Shown one piece after another: positions 47,467-55,192 of a DNA stretch of 64,000 bases; position 1 is the first letter of the stretch, and each line of letters starts with the position of its first letter. This DNA is from a virus: the IMG/VR virus record IMGVR_UViG_3300047323_000694, positions 1 to 64,000 of that record. One strand, given 5' to 3'. Position numbers and translations under genes: made by a program. Below the pieces are notes generated by a model. It was not told the origin of the DNA and did not search any database. It saw nothing but the letters and a program-made list of their open reading frames with translations.

Positions 47467-49866
47467 TTATGGCGTGACAGTGGTAGGCGGCAGCTCGACA
47501 GGCTTCGGCTTTGCTGGCTGCGGCGTCTGATCTGTCGTCAGGTAAGCGACTGGGCCGACCGTGCGGATTTGGTTCTGCGCATCTTCGCCCAAGGCAGCGA
47601 ACCACTTCCGGTAGGCCAGGGTGCGCATGAGCTGCGCCTCCCGCGCTTTCATCCGGCCGATCTGGGCACCATCGGTGCTGGTTGCCGTGTAGATGGCGTC
47701 ACGGAATTTTGGGCTGGCGATCAGTTTCTCTGCAGCTTCTTTTATAGGCGTCTTCTCTTTCGAGAACGCAGTAGACAGCACGCCGATGGTCCCGGCGCCA
47801 GGGAAGCCCAGTGTACTGGTGACGCCCTCGGCCGCCCCAGCCTTCTTGCTGACATCCCAAACCCTCGACAGCAGCCCGCCCTCGTCGGCGTATTGCTCGA
47901 GCAGATTTATCGAGTTGAGGCGCCCCGTGGTGATTCGCTCTTTCGAGGCCTCTCGCATACCGCGCGCCACCGTAGCAATGTCGTCCAGTGTCTTTGCCGC
48001 GTCGGCGGGCAGGTATTGGGTCAGTCGATTCTTCGCTGCGCCGTTTCGGCTGAGGCTGTCGTACCAGTCCACAAAGCCTGGTGCGCTGAGTTGCTGCTGC
48101 GCACCGCTCCGCTTCGTAAAAGCATTGTTCAGGGCAGTCAATACTGCTTCCTGACGCAGATTGGCCGGAATCAGCGTAACCAGCTTGTCGAAATCCTTGA
48201 AGTTTCCGCTACCCAGTTTCTCCACGGCAGATCCGAAGGTCGAACTGATAGACCCAGACATGTCCTTGCCGATAGCCTGGATCAATCCGTCTTCCAGGCC
48301 CTTGCGCTGGGCGACGACCGATTTTGCCGCGGTAAAGATGTTCCCGACACCGGCGGCGTCCGCGACCGCCTGCTGGTCCTTGCTGAGATTGGCGTATAGA
48401 GCATCCAGGGTGCGGGAACTGGAGTTGGCGAACGGCCCGCGACCCTTGTACCCATCGCCGACGGACTTGCGAACCGAGTCCAGCGCTGCGTAGGTCGGGT
48501 GCGTAGTGATTGTCTGGACTGTGCCGGGAATCAGCGGGTTCGGAACAGTCTCGACCTTGGGCGCGAGGATATTGAGGGCCTTTCGCTCGTCGGCCGACAG
48601 CAGCGGAGCCCCGCCGAAGTCTGCCGATCGCCCCCGGATGTAGCTGATCGTTGAGTCGGCCGGCGCCTGGGTCTGCGCCGGGATTGCCTTCGACACATTC
48701 GAATAAAGGTCTTCAGCCTGCTTGTTCAGCCCTTGAATAGTGCTTTGGCTTTGAGTTCTGAACTTGTCGGAGAATGCGCTTTTGTCCAACGACCCGCCGT
48801 ATTGCACAATGAGATCGTCGGCTTTCTGTGCCAGAGCTGCGTAGGACTCCTTCTGCTGGGCGTTCAGTACGCTACCCGGCACCGAAGCCAATGCCTGCTC
48901 AATCTCGCGATAGGACTGGCTGCGTGAATACTGTGACGGGATCAGCTTCTCTTTCAGCCCTAGCCGGTCAGCAGCGCCAAGGATTTCTTGGTTTGGCGCA
49001 ACTTCTTCTGCCAGGTCGGCGACTTTCTGTGCCTGCGTGCGCGGAGTGGCTTGGGCAGCATCCGCTGCCGCCCTGACCGCGCCAGCCTGCTCAGATGCCA
49101 CGTCGGCCGTGCCGCCAGCAGCATTCGCAGCGGCTTGATCGTTGCGGGCCGTTTGGATGGCTGCCTGCTGAGTCGTTAGCTCGGCCTCGGTCTTGTTCGC
49201 CGCGCTCCGAGTGAGCGCCCCGGCGCCGCCGATTACTGCCGGGAGCGCGCCACCCAGGACGCCACCAATCGCTGCGCCCTTTGCAGCCTCAGGTATACGC
49301 TCAAGCGGGTCGCCCTCGGCGGAACCAAAGCCGTAAGCCGCTCCATATCCCGCGCCATACAGCGCGCCCCGGCCGACATTTGCTGCGAGACTCGCCCCGG
49401 CCGTGGTGCCGCCGGTGAGCACGGCTGGCGCAATACCGCCGACCAGGCCGCCCGCAATTGTCGCAACCGGGTGCTGATCCTGCGCTGCCTTCAGTAGGCC
49501 GCGTTGTTCATCGACGTTCTTGTCGTAGCGATCGCCGAATGACTCGCTACTGTCGCCAGTGCCGAAGACTGGCTGCAGTGCCGCCTTGGCGCCACCGACA
49601 AGCTCGTCAGAAAGGCCGAACGTGAGGCCGTCGCCAGCCCCGCGCAGGAATGCTTCGCCGGTGCCGACATCTGGCGGCTTAACGTAATTGTAGGCTTGCG
49701 GCCCGCTTGCCGGAGCAGTGGCGGCGCCCGAAGGCGCTGGCGCTATAACCGGGTCTGCGTCCCATACATTGGCGACTTCGGGGGCGGCGGCCTGCGGCAG
49801 CGGTGCTGGTGGCGCAACTGCTGGTGTTGGCGACTGAACAACCGGATCCTCATCCCACGCGGCCAT
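47467..49866 (-). CDS. Putative DNA ejection/internal virion protein
   Basis: WD.DPV repeats, G..DGLTFG.SDE, Gly/Ala-rich hydrophobic segments. Confidence 0.65.
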   Translation of the reverse strand: MAAWDEDPVVQSPTPAVAPPAPLPQAAAPEVANVWDADPVIAPAPSGAATAPASGPQAYNYVKPPDVGTGEAFLRGAGDGLTFGLSDELVGGAKAALQPVFGTGDSSESFGDRYDKNVDEQRGLLKAAQDQHPVATIAGGLVGGIAPAVLTGGTTAGASLAANVGRGALYGAGYGAAYGFGSAEGDPLERIPEAAKGAAIGGVLGGALPAVIGGAGALTRSAANKTEAELTTQQAAIQTARNDQAAANAAGGTADVASEQAGAVRAAADAAQATPRTQAQKVADLAEEVAPNQEILGAADRLGLKEKLIPSQYSRSQSYREIEQALASVPGSVLNAQQKESYAALAQKADDLIVQYGGSLDKSAFSDKFRTQSQSTIQGLNKQAEDLYSNVSKAIPAQTQAPADSTISYIRGRSADFGGAPLLSADERKALNILAPKVETVPNPLIPGTVQTITTHPTYAALDSVRKSVGDGYKGRGPFANSSSRTLDALYANLSKDQQAVADAAGVGNIFTAAKSVVAQRKGLEDGLIQAIGKDMSGSISSTFGSAVEKLGSGNFKDFDKLVTLIPANLRQEAVLTALNNAFTKRSGAQQQLSAPGFVDWYDSLSRNGAAKNRLTQYLPADAAKTLDDIATVARGMREASKERITTGRLNSINLLEQYADEGGLLSRVWDVSKKAGAAEGVTSTLGFPGAGTIGVLSTAFSKEKTPIKEAAEKLIASPKFRDAIYTATSTDGAQIGRMKAREAQLMRTLAYRKWFAALGEDAQNQIRTVGPVAYLTTDQTPQPAKPKPVELPPTTVTP

Positions 49867-51845
49867 TAGCGTTTACTCCTGTGGACGCCATTCGGGTCGA
49901 TGTACTCGGCGCCAGAGGGGAGTGCCGCATAGCCAGCGGCGTCGACAATCTGTACAGGACCGCTAATAACGGGTGGAGTTTGGGGCTGCGCAGCGGGCGC
50001 CTGGCTCTGGGCTTGCTGGGTCGCCTGTGGTTTTCCTGCGTTCGGATTGGCTTTTTCGTACTCGGTGAGCTTTCCAGAAAGTCTTTCTGCGATATCTGAA
50101 AGCCTCTGTTTCGTAGCGCCTACAGAGCCGTTGATACCTTTATCGCCAATATTTAGACCCGACCCCACCTGCGACAAAAACGTGATGTCTTTATCGGTAA
50201 GGACGCCGCTCATAAGTTTCAAATTGTCGACTGTTAACAGGGTTTGGAGTCTTTGAGCTTTGTTGACTAGATCTTGAGATTCGTCGCGCAATGTCGGAAC
50301 CTTTGACCGAACTGTGCCGGTTACATCGTCCAGGCTTTTAGAGCCCGCGATATCACCAACCAGCTTCAACGCTTCTTTGCTCAGGTCATAAGCACCGGCT
50401 TTTTGTGTAGTCAAAGCCTGAGCCGCGTTCGCCGCATCGGTTTTGCGCTTATCGATCTCAAGCTGGTTGAGTTGCCGTTGCTGCCCGGCGGCGCCCGTGC
50501 CATTGGCCTCACCGGTCAGTTTTGCGGTCTCGGCTTCGTTTTTGCCGATCTGAGACTTGGCAAGGCCAGGGGCTGTATCTGTCTCAGCCCTTGTTTTCCC
50601 TGCCTCAGCATTGGTTTTGCCGATTTGCGCCTGCTGCACTTGTCTGGCGAGCGCCTTCGAGCCGTCTGGGTCGATGACAGAATTGTATGCAGCCTTAGCC
50701 TGTGGCGTAGCATCAGGCGCGGCGGCGGCAACCCGAAGGTCTTCGACGTTCTGAGCCTGTCGCGCCTGAGCTGCTGCGGAACGCTGGGCCTGTCCAGAGG
50801 TGATCCCGTTTTGGGCATTCAGAATTGCTTGCTGGTCGCTCTGACGCCCCTGCTGATCAAGAGCTGCCTGCGCCAGGTCATTCCGTGTAATCGGCTGGCT
50901 GCTGTCCCTGATCGTGTTGACACTTGAATCAATGCTTGCCTGCTGCCGAGCAATGGCGAGTGCGTCCTGCTCTTTGTACCCCTGCCGAAGATCAGCCGCC
51001 TTCTGGAATCGATCCATGGCCAGCTTGGCATCGCCTTGGTTGAATTGCGAAAACGAGCCCACGCCATCACCCATGTTCTTAGCCGACCCCAGCGCCGCGA
51101 ACGACGGGCCGGAACCAGCAGCATTCTCGATGTTCGCCTGATCGGTCGGGGACAGGGTTTTAGGGTCGTTTACAGGCGCCATTCCGTAAGCGCTCCGCAG
51201 GTCGGTTTTGTCATTCGAGAACGACGCCGTGCCATCCGGATTGAGCTTGCCTACGATGCTTGCCCGGCCATTCGACGTATCGGCAGTGCCGACTACCGGC
51301 CGATAAGCATCACCAAGAGAGGTAACGGGTGGCTGGACATTGGCTTGGGCCGTCGTATCGATGCTGCGCAAGTCCGGGGCTGTCGGCGCTGGCGTCGCTA
51401 CCGCTGGCGGTGCTTCAGCAATTGGCGCTGGCTGCTGCTGGGCCGCGAGCTGTGGATTTTGCAGGAGGCTGCGGCCGATATTGGCTCCAGCCTCCGCAAA
51501 ACTGGTAGGCGTCTGAGCAGGTAGGCCAGTGCTTTGCGTGTATGCCTGTGACAGGTCCGGAGGTGATGCTGCCGGAGGTGATGCTGCAATTCCAGCGGGC
51601 AGTGCCGATGAAAGGCTGGGCATGCTTGTTGGCGTGGGTGTTGGCGCTGATACCGGATCTGGCGTAGAAGCTGGCGCAGTCTGCGGCGCGACCTGGCTTA
51701 GACTAGTAAGCTGCTGTGACGCCTTGGCGATCGGGCCAGTGTTCGTGATATCGAACGAATTTGGCCTCAACCCCATTTTGGCCGCGCGCTCGGCGGGCGT
51801 CATATAAGTGCTCGCCATCTCACCAATCAAATCACCGACAGCCAT
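49866..51845 (-). CDS. Putative DNA ejection/internal virion protein
   Basis: Ala/Gln/Pro-rich; G.LTDKD; C-terminal Y.ALPSGA.YIDP.G. Confidence 0.65.
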   Translation of the reverse strand: MAVGDLIGEMASTYMTPAERAAKMGLRPNSFDITNTGPIAKASQQLTSLSQVAPQTAPASTPDPVSAPTPTPTSMPSLSSALPAGIAASPPAASPPDLSQAYTQSTGLPAQTPTSFAEAGANIGRSLLQNPQLAAQQQPAPIAEAPPAVATPAPTAPDLRSIDTTAQANVQPPVTSLGDAYRPVVGTADTSNGRASIVGKLNPDGTASFSNDKTDLRSAYGMAPVNDPKTLSPTDQANIENAAGSGPSFAALGSAKNMGDGVGSFSQFNQGDAKLAMDRFQKAADLRQGYKEQDALAIARQQASIDSSVNTIRDSSQPITRNDLAQAALDQQGRQSDQQAILNAQNGITSGQAQRSAAAQARQAQNVEDLRVAAAAPDATPQAKAAYNSVIDPDGSKALARQVQQAQIGKTNAEAGKTRAETDTAPGLAKSQIGKNEAETAKLTGEANGTGAAGQQRQLNQLEIDKRKTDAANAAQALTTQKAGAYDLSKEALKLVGDIAGSKSLDDVTGTVRSKVPTLRDESQDLVNKAQRLQTLLTVDNLKLMSGVLTDKDITFLSQVGSGLNIGDKGINGSVGATKQRLSDIAERLSGKLTEYEKANPNAGKPQATQQAQSQAPAAQPQTPPVISGPVQIVDAAGYAALPSGAEYIDPNGVHRSKR

Positions 51846-51908
51846 TTATCGTCACTCCACCACAGTTAATGATGGCGACGTTATGTGGCTGATTATGGAT
51901 TGGAAGGG

Positions 51909-52124
51909 CTATTTGCCAGCGCGAAAGCCTTCGACTATCCAGCTTATGCTGAATGCCAGAGCGTAGAGGCCTACTATCGGCAGAAGCCCCGAGAGAATGA
52001 CATTGATCGTCGACGTTCTTCCTGCGATAACGGTCAGATCGAATATCAGCCAGAGCACGGAAACGACCAGCCATAGGCGACGAAGCCCAGCCTTGCGTGA
52101 TGGTCTTGAGTTAATGTCGCGCAT
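51909..52124 (-). CDS. Small two-TM membrane protein (paralog B)
   Basis: MRDINSRPS..GLRRLWLV...WIVEGFR. Confidence 0.75.
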   Translation of the reverse strand: MRDINSRPSRKAGLRRLWLVVSVLWLIFDLTVIAGRTSTINVILSGLLPIVGLYALAFSISWIVEGFRAGK

Positions 52125-52186
52125 GGCGTCTCGGTCCGCAAATCAAGGTGCCATGATAGTGCTTCGGATGATTGGGCGGTAGACCC

Positions 52187-52212
52187 AAAAGAAAAGGCAC
52201 CCGAAGGTGCCT
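52187..52212 (-). terminator. Intrinsic terminator closing the RNA array
   Basis: AGGCACC-TTCG-GGTGCCT followed by TTTCTTTT. Confidence 0.85.
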
Positions 52213-52228
52213 ATTCAATGCCGTTTAC

Positions 52229-52482
52229 GGCCCATACCTAAACATGCCGAAGCAAACCAGACCTTGCCACGTCACGCCGTACCAGAGCGAACCAGGCCAG
52301 ACCAAATGATGCTTTCGCACCGCAATGCCGACTGTCGGCAATCGGCATTACGCTGTTTTCAGCCCATATCCTACCAAGCCCAGCCAAGTCTCAGCTTGCC
52401 GAACCATGCCACTCCAAGCCGTGGCCTGCCACATGGCGCTTTCGCACCGCAATGCCTTCTCGTACGAAAAGGCATGACGCTG
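52229..52482 (-). ncRNA. Two-unit putative guide-RNA array: 52-nt structured leader plus 14-15 GGY-NN pentamers per unit
   Basis: Leaders at 52482-52431 and 52355-52304; pentamer tracts at 52430-52361 and 52303-52229; 29/29 pentamers start with G, 26/29 have Y at position 3. Confidence 0.8.
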
Positions 52483-52483
52483 C

Positions 52484-52948
52484 CTACTCCGCCCTGAGTG
52501 TTTTGGATGCCATACCTTGCAGCTGCGTAAGTTTTGCAACGGCGTCAACGTTTCTCCGGCGCTCACCATCGGACAGCTCGCTCAATCTGAGGTTGCGCAG
52601 CTTCTGTCCTGCTGAGCTGAAAATCTTCTTCGCTCCACGCTGGAAGTCGGCGACCGCGATATCAGTCTGCTCATTAGGAGGAACCCAGCGGTAGCCCTTG
52701 CCCCTGATGGATTGCAGGCAGATCTGATGATCTCGCAGCAACTCGACCTTGAATGCCTCGACGTTGGCCAGCCATTCAAACTGACGCTCTCGAAACTTGT
52801 CGGCGGTGAGCTGCTGGTCTTCGGCTAAGCCTGGCATACCGAATCTCACCTCCAGCCAGTCATGCCCGACGATATCGCCATACTTGAACTCAGCGATAAA
52901 ATCCTGCACGGCCTGGCGCCATAATGGATAACGAGCCACCTCACTCAT
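52484..52948 (-). CDS. Accessory protein of the RAMP/array module, possible winged-helix
   Basis: ATGAGTGA overlap with the RAMP gene; L.SIRGKGYR wing-like motif followed by a helical tail. Confidence 0.7.
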   Translation of the reverse strand: MSEVARYPLWRQAVQDFIAEFKYGDIVGHDWLEVRFGMPGLAEDQQLTADKFRERQFEWLANVEAFKVELLRDHQICLQSIRGKGYRWVPPNEQTDIAVADFQRGAKKIFSSAGQKLRNLRLSELSDGERRRNVDAVAKLTQLQGMASKTLRAE

Positions 52949-53516
52949 AAGCCACCTCGAAGCGCCCGAAGCGCGGGCGATACTCACAGACACCAATCAG
53001 CTTTCCAGAGTCTGAGATAGCCTTCTTTGCCTCTTTCAAGTCCAGCACATCAGGATTGACCACAACCTCAAGCGTCACAGCCCAGTCGAGAAAGATCGGG
53101 CGATAGCGCATGATCTTCGCCTGCCCTACTTTCACGCCCCGGCAGTCAACGAAGCGAGTGTCTTCCCAGAGCTTAGCGGGAGTGTCTGGGCCGTCGAACT
53201 CAAGCTTCGCCTTGTCCGTCATTACCATGGCGCCGCGCTTCCAGTGGACGCCAAGCTTTTGGAGTTTCGCCCCCGCCCAGAATGTCGCATCGAAGTTTTG
53301 GCCCGGCACGAAGAAACCTGTTTTCTCGTCGAAATACGCACCTGAGACGAATTCGGATCGAGCAATTGCCAAATGATCGTCGTCGGTTTTTTTGCGTTTT
53401 CCGGTCAGCTCCTTGTGAGCTTTGGTCTCTGGCAATAGAGGGTTTGCCAGCCGGTCGCTGTGCATCATGAGTGGAGAGGTGCCCGTGATGCGGATGTTCA
53501 ACATTTCCATGCTCAT
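52941..53516 (-). CDS. Stand-alone RAMP/Cas7-like RNA-binding protein
   Basis: N-terminal IRITGTSPLMMH strand, VPG.N, RPIF..W, C-terminal G-rich loop G.LIGVCEYRPRFGRFEV. Confidence 0.7.
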   Translation of the reverse strand: MSMEMLNIRITGTSPLMMHSDRLANPLLPETKAHKELTGKRKKTDDDHLAIARSEFVSGAYFDEKTGFFVPGQNFDATFWAGAKLQKLGVHWKRGAMVMTDKAKLEFDGPDTPAKLWEDTRFVDCRGVKVGQAKIMRYRPIFLDWAVTLEVVVNPDVLDLKEAKKAISDSGKLIGVCEYRPRFGRFEVAYE

Positions 53517-54400
53517 GCTGCACTCCCCATGGCGTAACCGCCATGCATGCCAAAACTGGTGTATTGGGCGTAGATCTCTTCGCGGCGTTTATCGAGATTG
53601 AAGAATGCGGAGTGCCCGCCCTGCAACTGATCGAAAAATGCCATCAGCGGGCGGGAGTCCAGCGCACGCGCTGCGTGCAGCATGTCGCGCTTGTATTTGT
53701 GCATGGCTGAAAAGCAAGACATCAGCAAGTACAGGTGCTGGGTCTCAACGCGGTCTAGATGGATTCCTTCCTTTTTGCCTGGACCCCGGATGTATTCGCC
53801 CTCCTTCACCTCGTACGCTGCGATGAAGTTTCTGGCGGAGTCGAGTTGGTCGGCAGGAATGTCAGCCGCCGAACGCACACCGAACGCTGCATGAGTTTGC
53901 GACCAGAGCTTTGCAGTGGCGCGGCGCTGAATGGCGAGAGGTAGGTTGGTCACCTTGCCCTTGATCACCGCGCCGAGCATATGAAAGCCGTCGGTGCCGA
54001 TGGTCTGACTCATAATGGTGGCGGCTTCCGAAGGAGCAACCTGATGGAGTCGCTTCTCGCACTCAATAAAGTAGCGGCGAGCCTGACGCCCCTTGTCGTT
54101 GTTTTCGACCATGGAAAGCTCTTTTGCCATATCCAGCGTGAGGTGATAGTCAATGCGATTGCTGCCGCCCCGCTTTGCTTCATTTTTTTGTGAAGCAATC
54201 ACATAGTCAGAGCCTTCTTCAAAGCCGAACTTCACAATCTTCATTGTCAGCCAGTCAGAGAACTGGCGGCGGCTTTCAAGAAAAGCATGAAGGGTGCGAG
54301 CATCGACGAGCCCTTCTTCTCGTCCGGAAATTGCGCCCCGGAGGATTGGTACAATTGAGCTAACGTTGTTTTCTGTACCATTTACGTTAATATTACTCAT
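53513..54400 (-). CDS. ant: Phage antirepressor (AntA/AntB N-terminal domain)
   Basis: VDARTLH.FL..F.DW, DY.LTLDMAKELSMVE and ARRYFIECEK motifs. Confidence 0.9.
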   Translation of the reverse strand: MSNINVNGTENNVSSIVPILRGAISGREEGLVDARTLHAFLESRRQFSDWLTMKIVKFGFEEGSDYVIASQKNEAKRGGSNRIDYHLTLDMAKELSMVENNDKGRQARRYFIECEKRLHQVAPSEAATIMSQTIGTDGFHMLGAVIKGKVTNLPLAIQRRATAKLWSQTHAAFGVRSAADIPADQLDSARNFIAAYEVKEGEYIRGPGKKEGIHLDRVETQHLYLLMSCFSAMHKYKRDMLHAARALDSRPLMAFFDQLQGGHSAFFNLDKRREEIYAQYTSFGMHGGYAMGSAA

Positions 54401-54475
54401 GACGATTTCTTCCTCGAAGCTGATCTCGTTTCCTGAAGCCCTGGCGTCTCGTAAACGCTGGGGCTTTTTCGTTTT
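54400..54475 (+). ncRNA. Putative sar-like antisense RNA to the ant RBS
   Basis: Plus-strand TTGTTT...TAATAT inside the ant 5' end; terminator AAGCCCTGGCGT...ACGCTGGGGCTTTTT; spans the ant Shine-Dalgarno. Confidence 0.5.
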
Positions 54476-54648
54476 CAGGCCGTTGCCTGCTTGCTCTGCA
54501 TTTCCCGCCATCTCAGACCCTCCTCAATTAACAGGCCAAGTTCCGCATTCAAGCTGCGGCGGTTTGCTTGGGCCTGCGTGCGCGCCCTCTCTCTGAGCTC
54601 TTGCTCTATACGCAAGCTGTAGGCGTTTGCCTGATGCCTGTCATTCAT
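54475..54648 (-). CDS. arc: Arc-like ribbon-helix-helix repressor (57 aa)
   Basis: YSLRI..ELRE..A.ANRRSLNAEL; not in the ORF track. Confidence 0.8.
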   Translation of the reverse strand: MNDRHQANAYSLRIEQELRERARTQAQANRRSLNAELGLLIEEGLRWREMQSKQATA

Positions 54649-54782
54649 GGCGCTTCCCTTTCGTGTGGATTCATAATGCAGTCAAACGATATCGCCACCC
54701 CATTGTGCCGTCAAGTGGATTCTTGATTCTTTTTGAGGCCACGCCCAAACTCTCATTTCATATCACCGTATCGTGGAAAATC

Positions 54783-55151
54783 ATGTCAGACCGGCACGTC
54801 CTCCCCCCTTATTCCCTGCGCATGTCTGCCGAGCTGAGAGAGCAATTGGAGTCAGCCGCCAAAAACAGCAAGCGCAGCCTTAATGCTGAAATCGTCGCCA
54901 GGATCGAGCGAACATTCGCCGAGGATGAGAGTAATGCCGACATCGAAGCGTACGCAGAGTGGGCTAGGCAGAACCCGCAAGAGTCGAATGAGGACAATAT
55001 GATCAGCGCCTTGGCCTATCTTCGTCACCTCATCTCGTCCGCTGAAACTGGCATACGGAACATAGAGCGAATTCACGACGAAAGGACCGGCGAGCACGCC
55101 ATGGCCGTCGACAATCACGGAAACCTCGTAAAAAGCTACGAGGCCGACTGA
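54783..55151 (+). CDS. mnt: Mnt/Arc-like repressor
   Basis: YSLRM..ELRE.LE..A..SKRSLNAEIVAR; divergent from arc. Confidence 0.75.
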   Translation: MSDRHVLPPYSLRMSAELREQLESAAKNSKRSLNAEIVARIERTFAEDESNADIEAYAEWARQNPQESNEDNMISALAYLRHLISSAETGIRNIERIHDERTGEHAMAVDNHGNLVKSYEAD

Positions 55152-55192
55152 TTGCCCGGCCAAACTATGTGGCTGGATGGCTATGGCAATCC

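Noticed and set aside
52229-52482. Canonical CRISPR array or simple microsatellite
   Set aside because: There are only two long leaders, and the intervening tracts have strict 5-nt periodicity rather than random spacers. Positions 4-5 vary freely, unlike slippage repeats. No cas1/cas2 is present.
52207-52694. ORFs 52207-52497, 52348-52569 and 52452-52694 over the array
   Set aside because: Low-complexity translations produced by the pentamer periodicity or antisense shadows; no Shine-Dalgarno or family motifs
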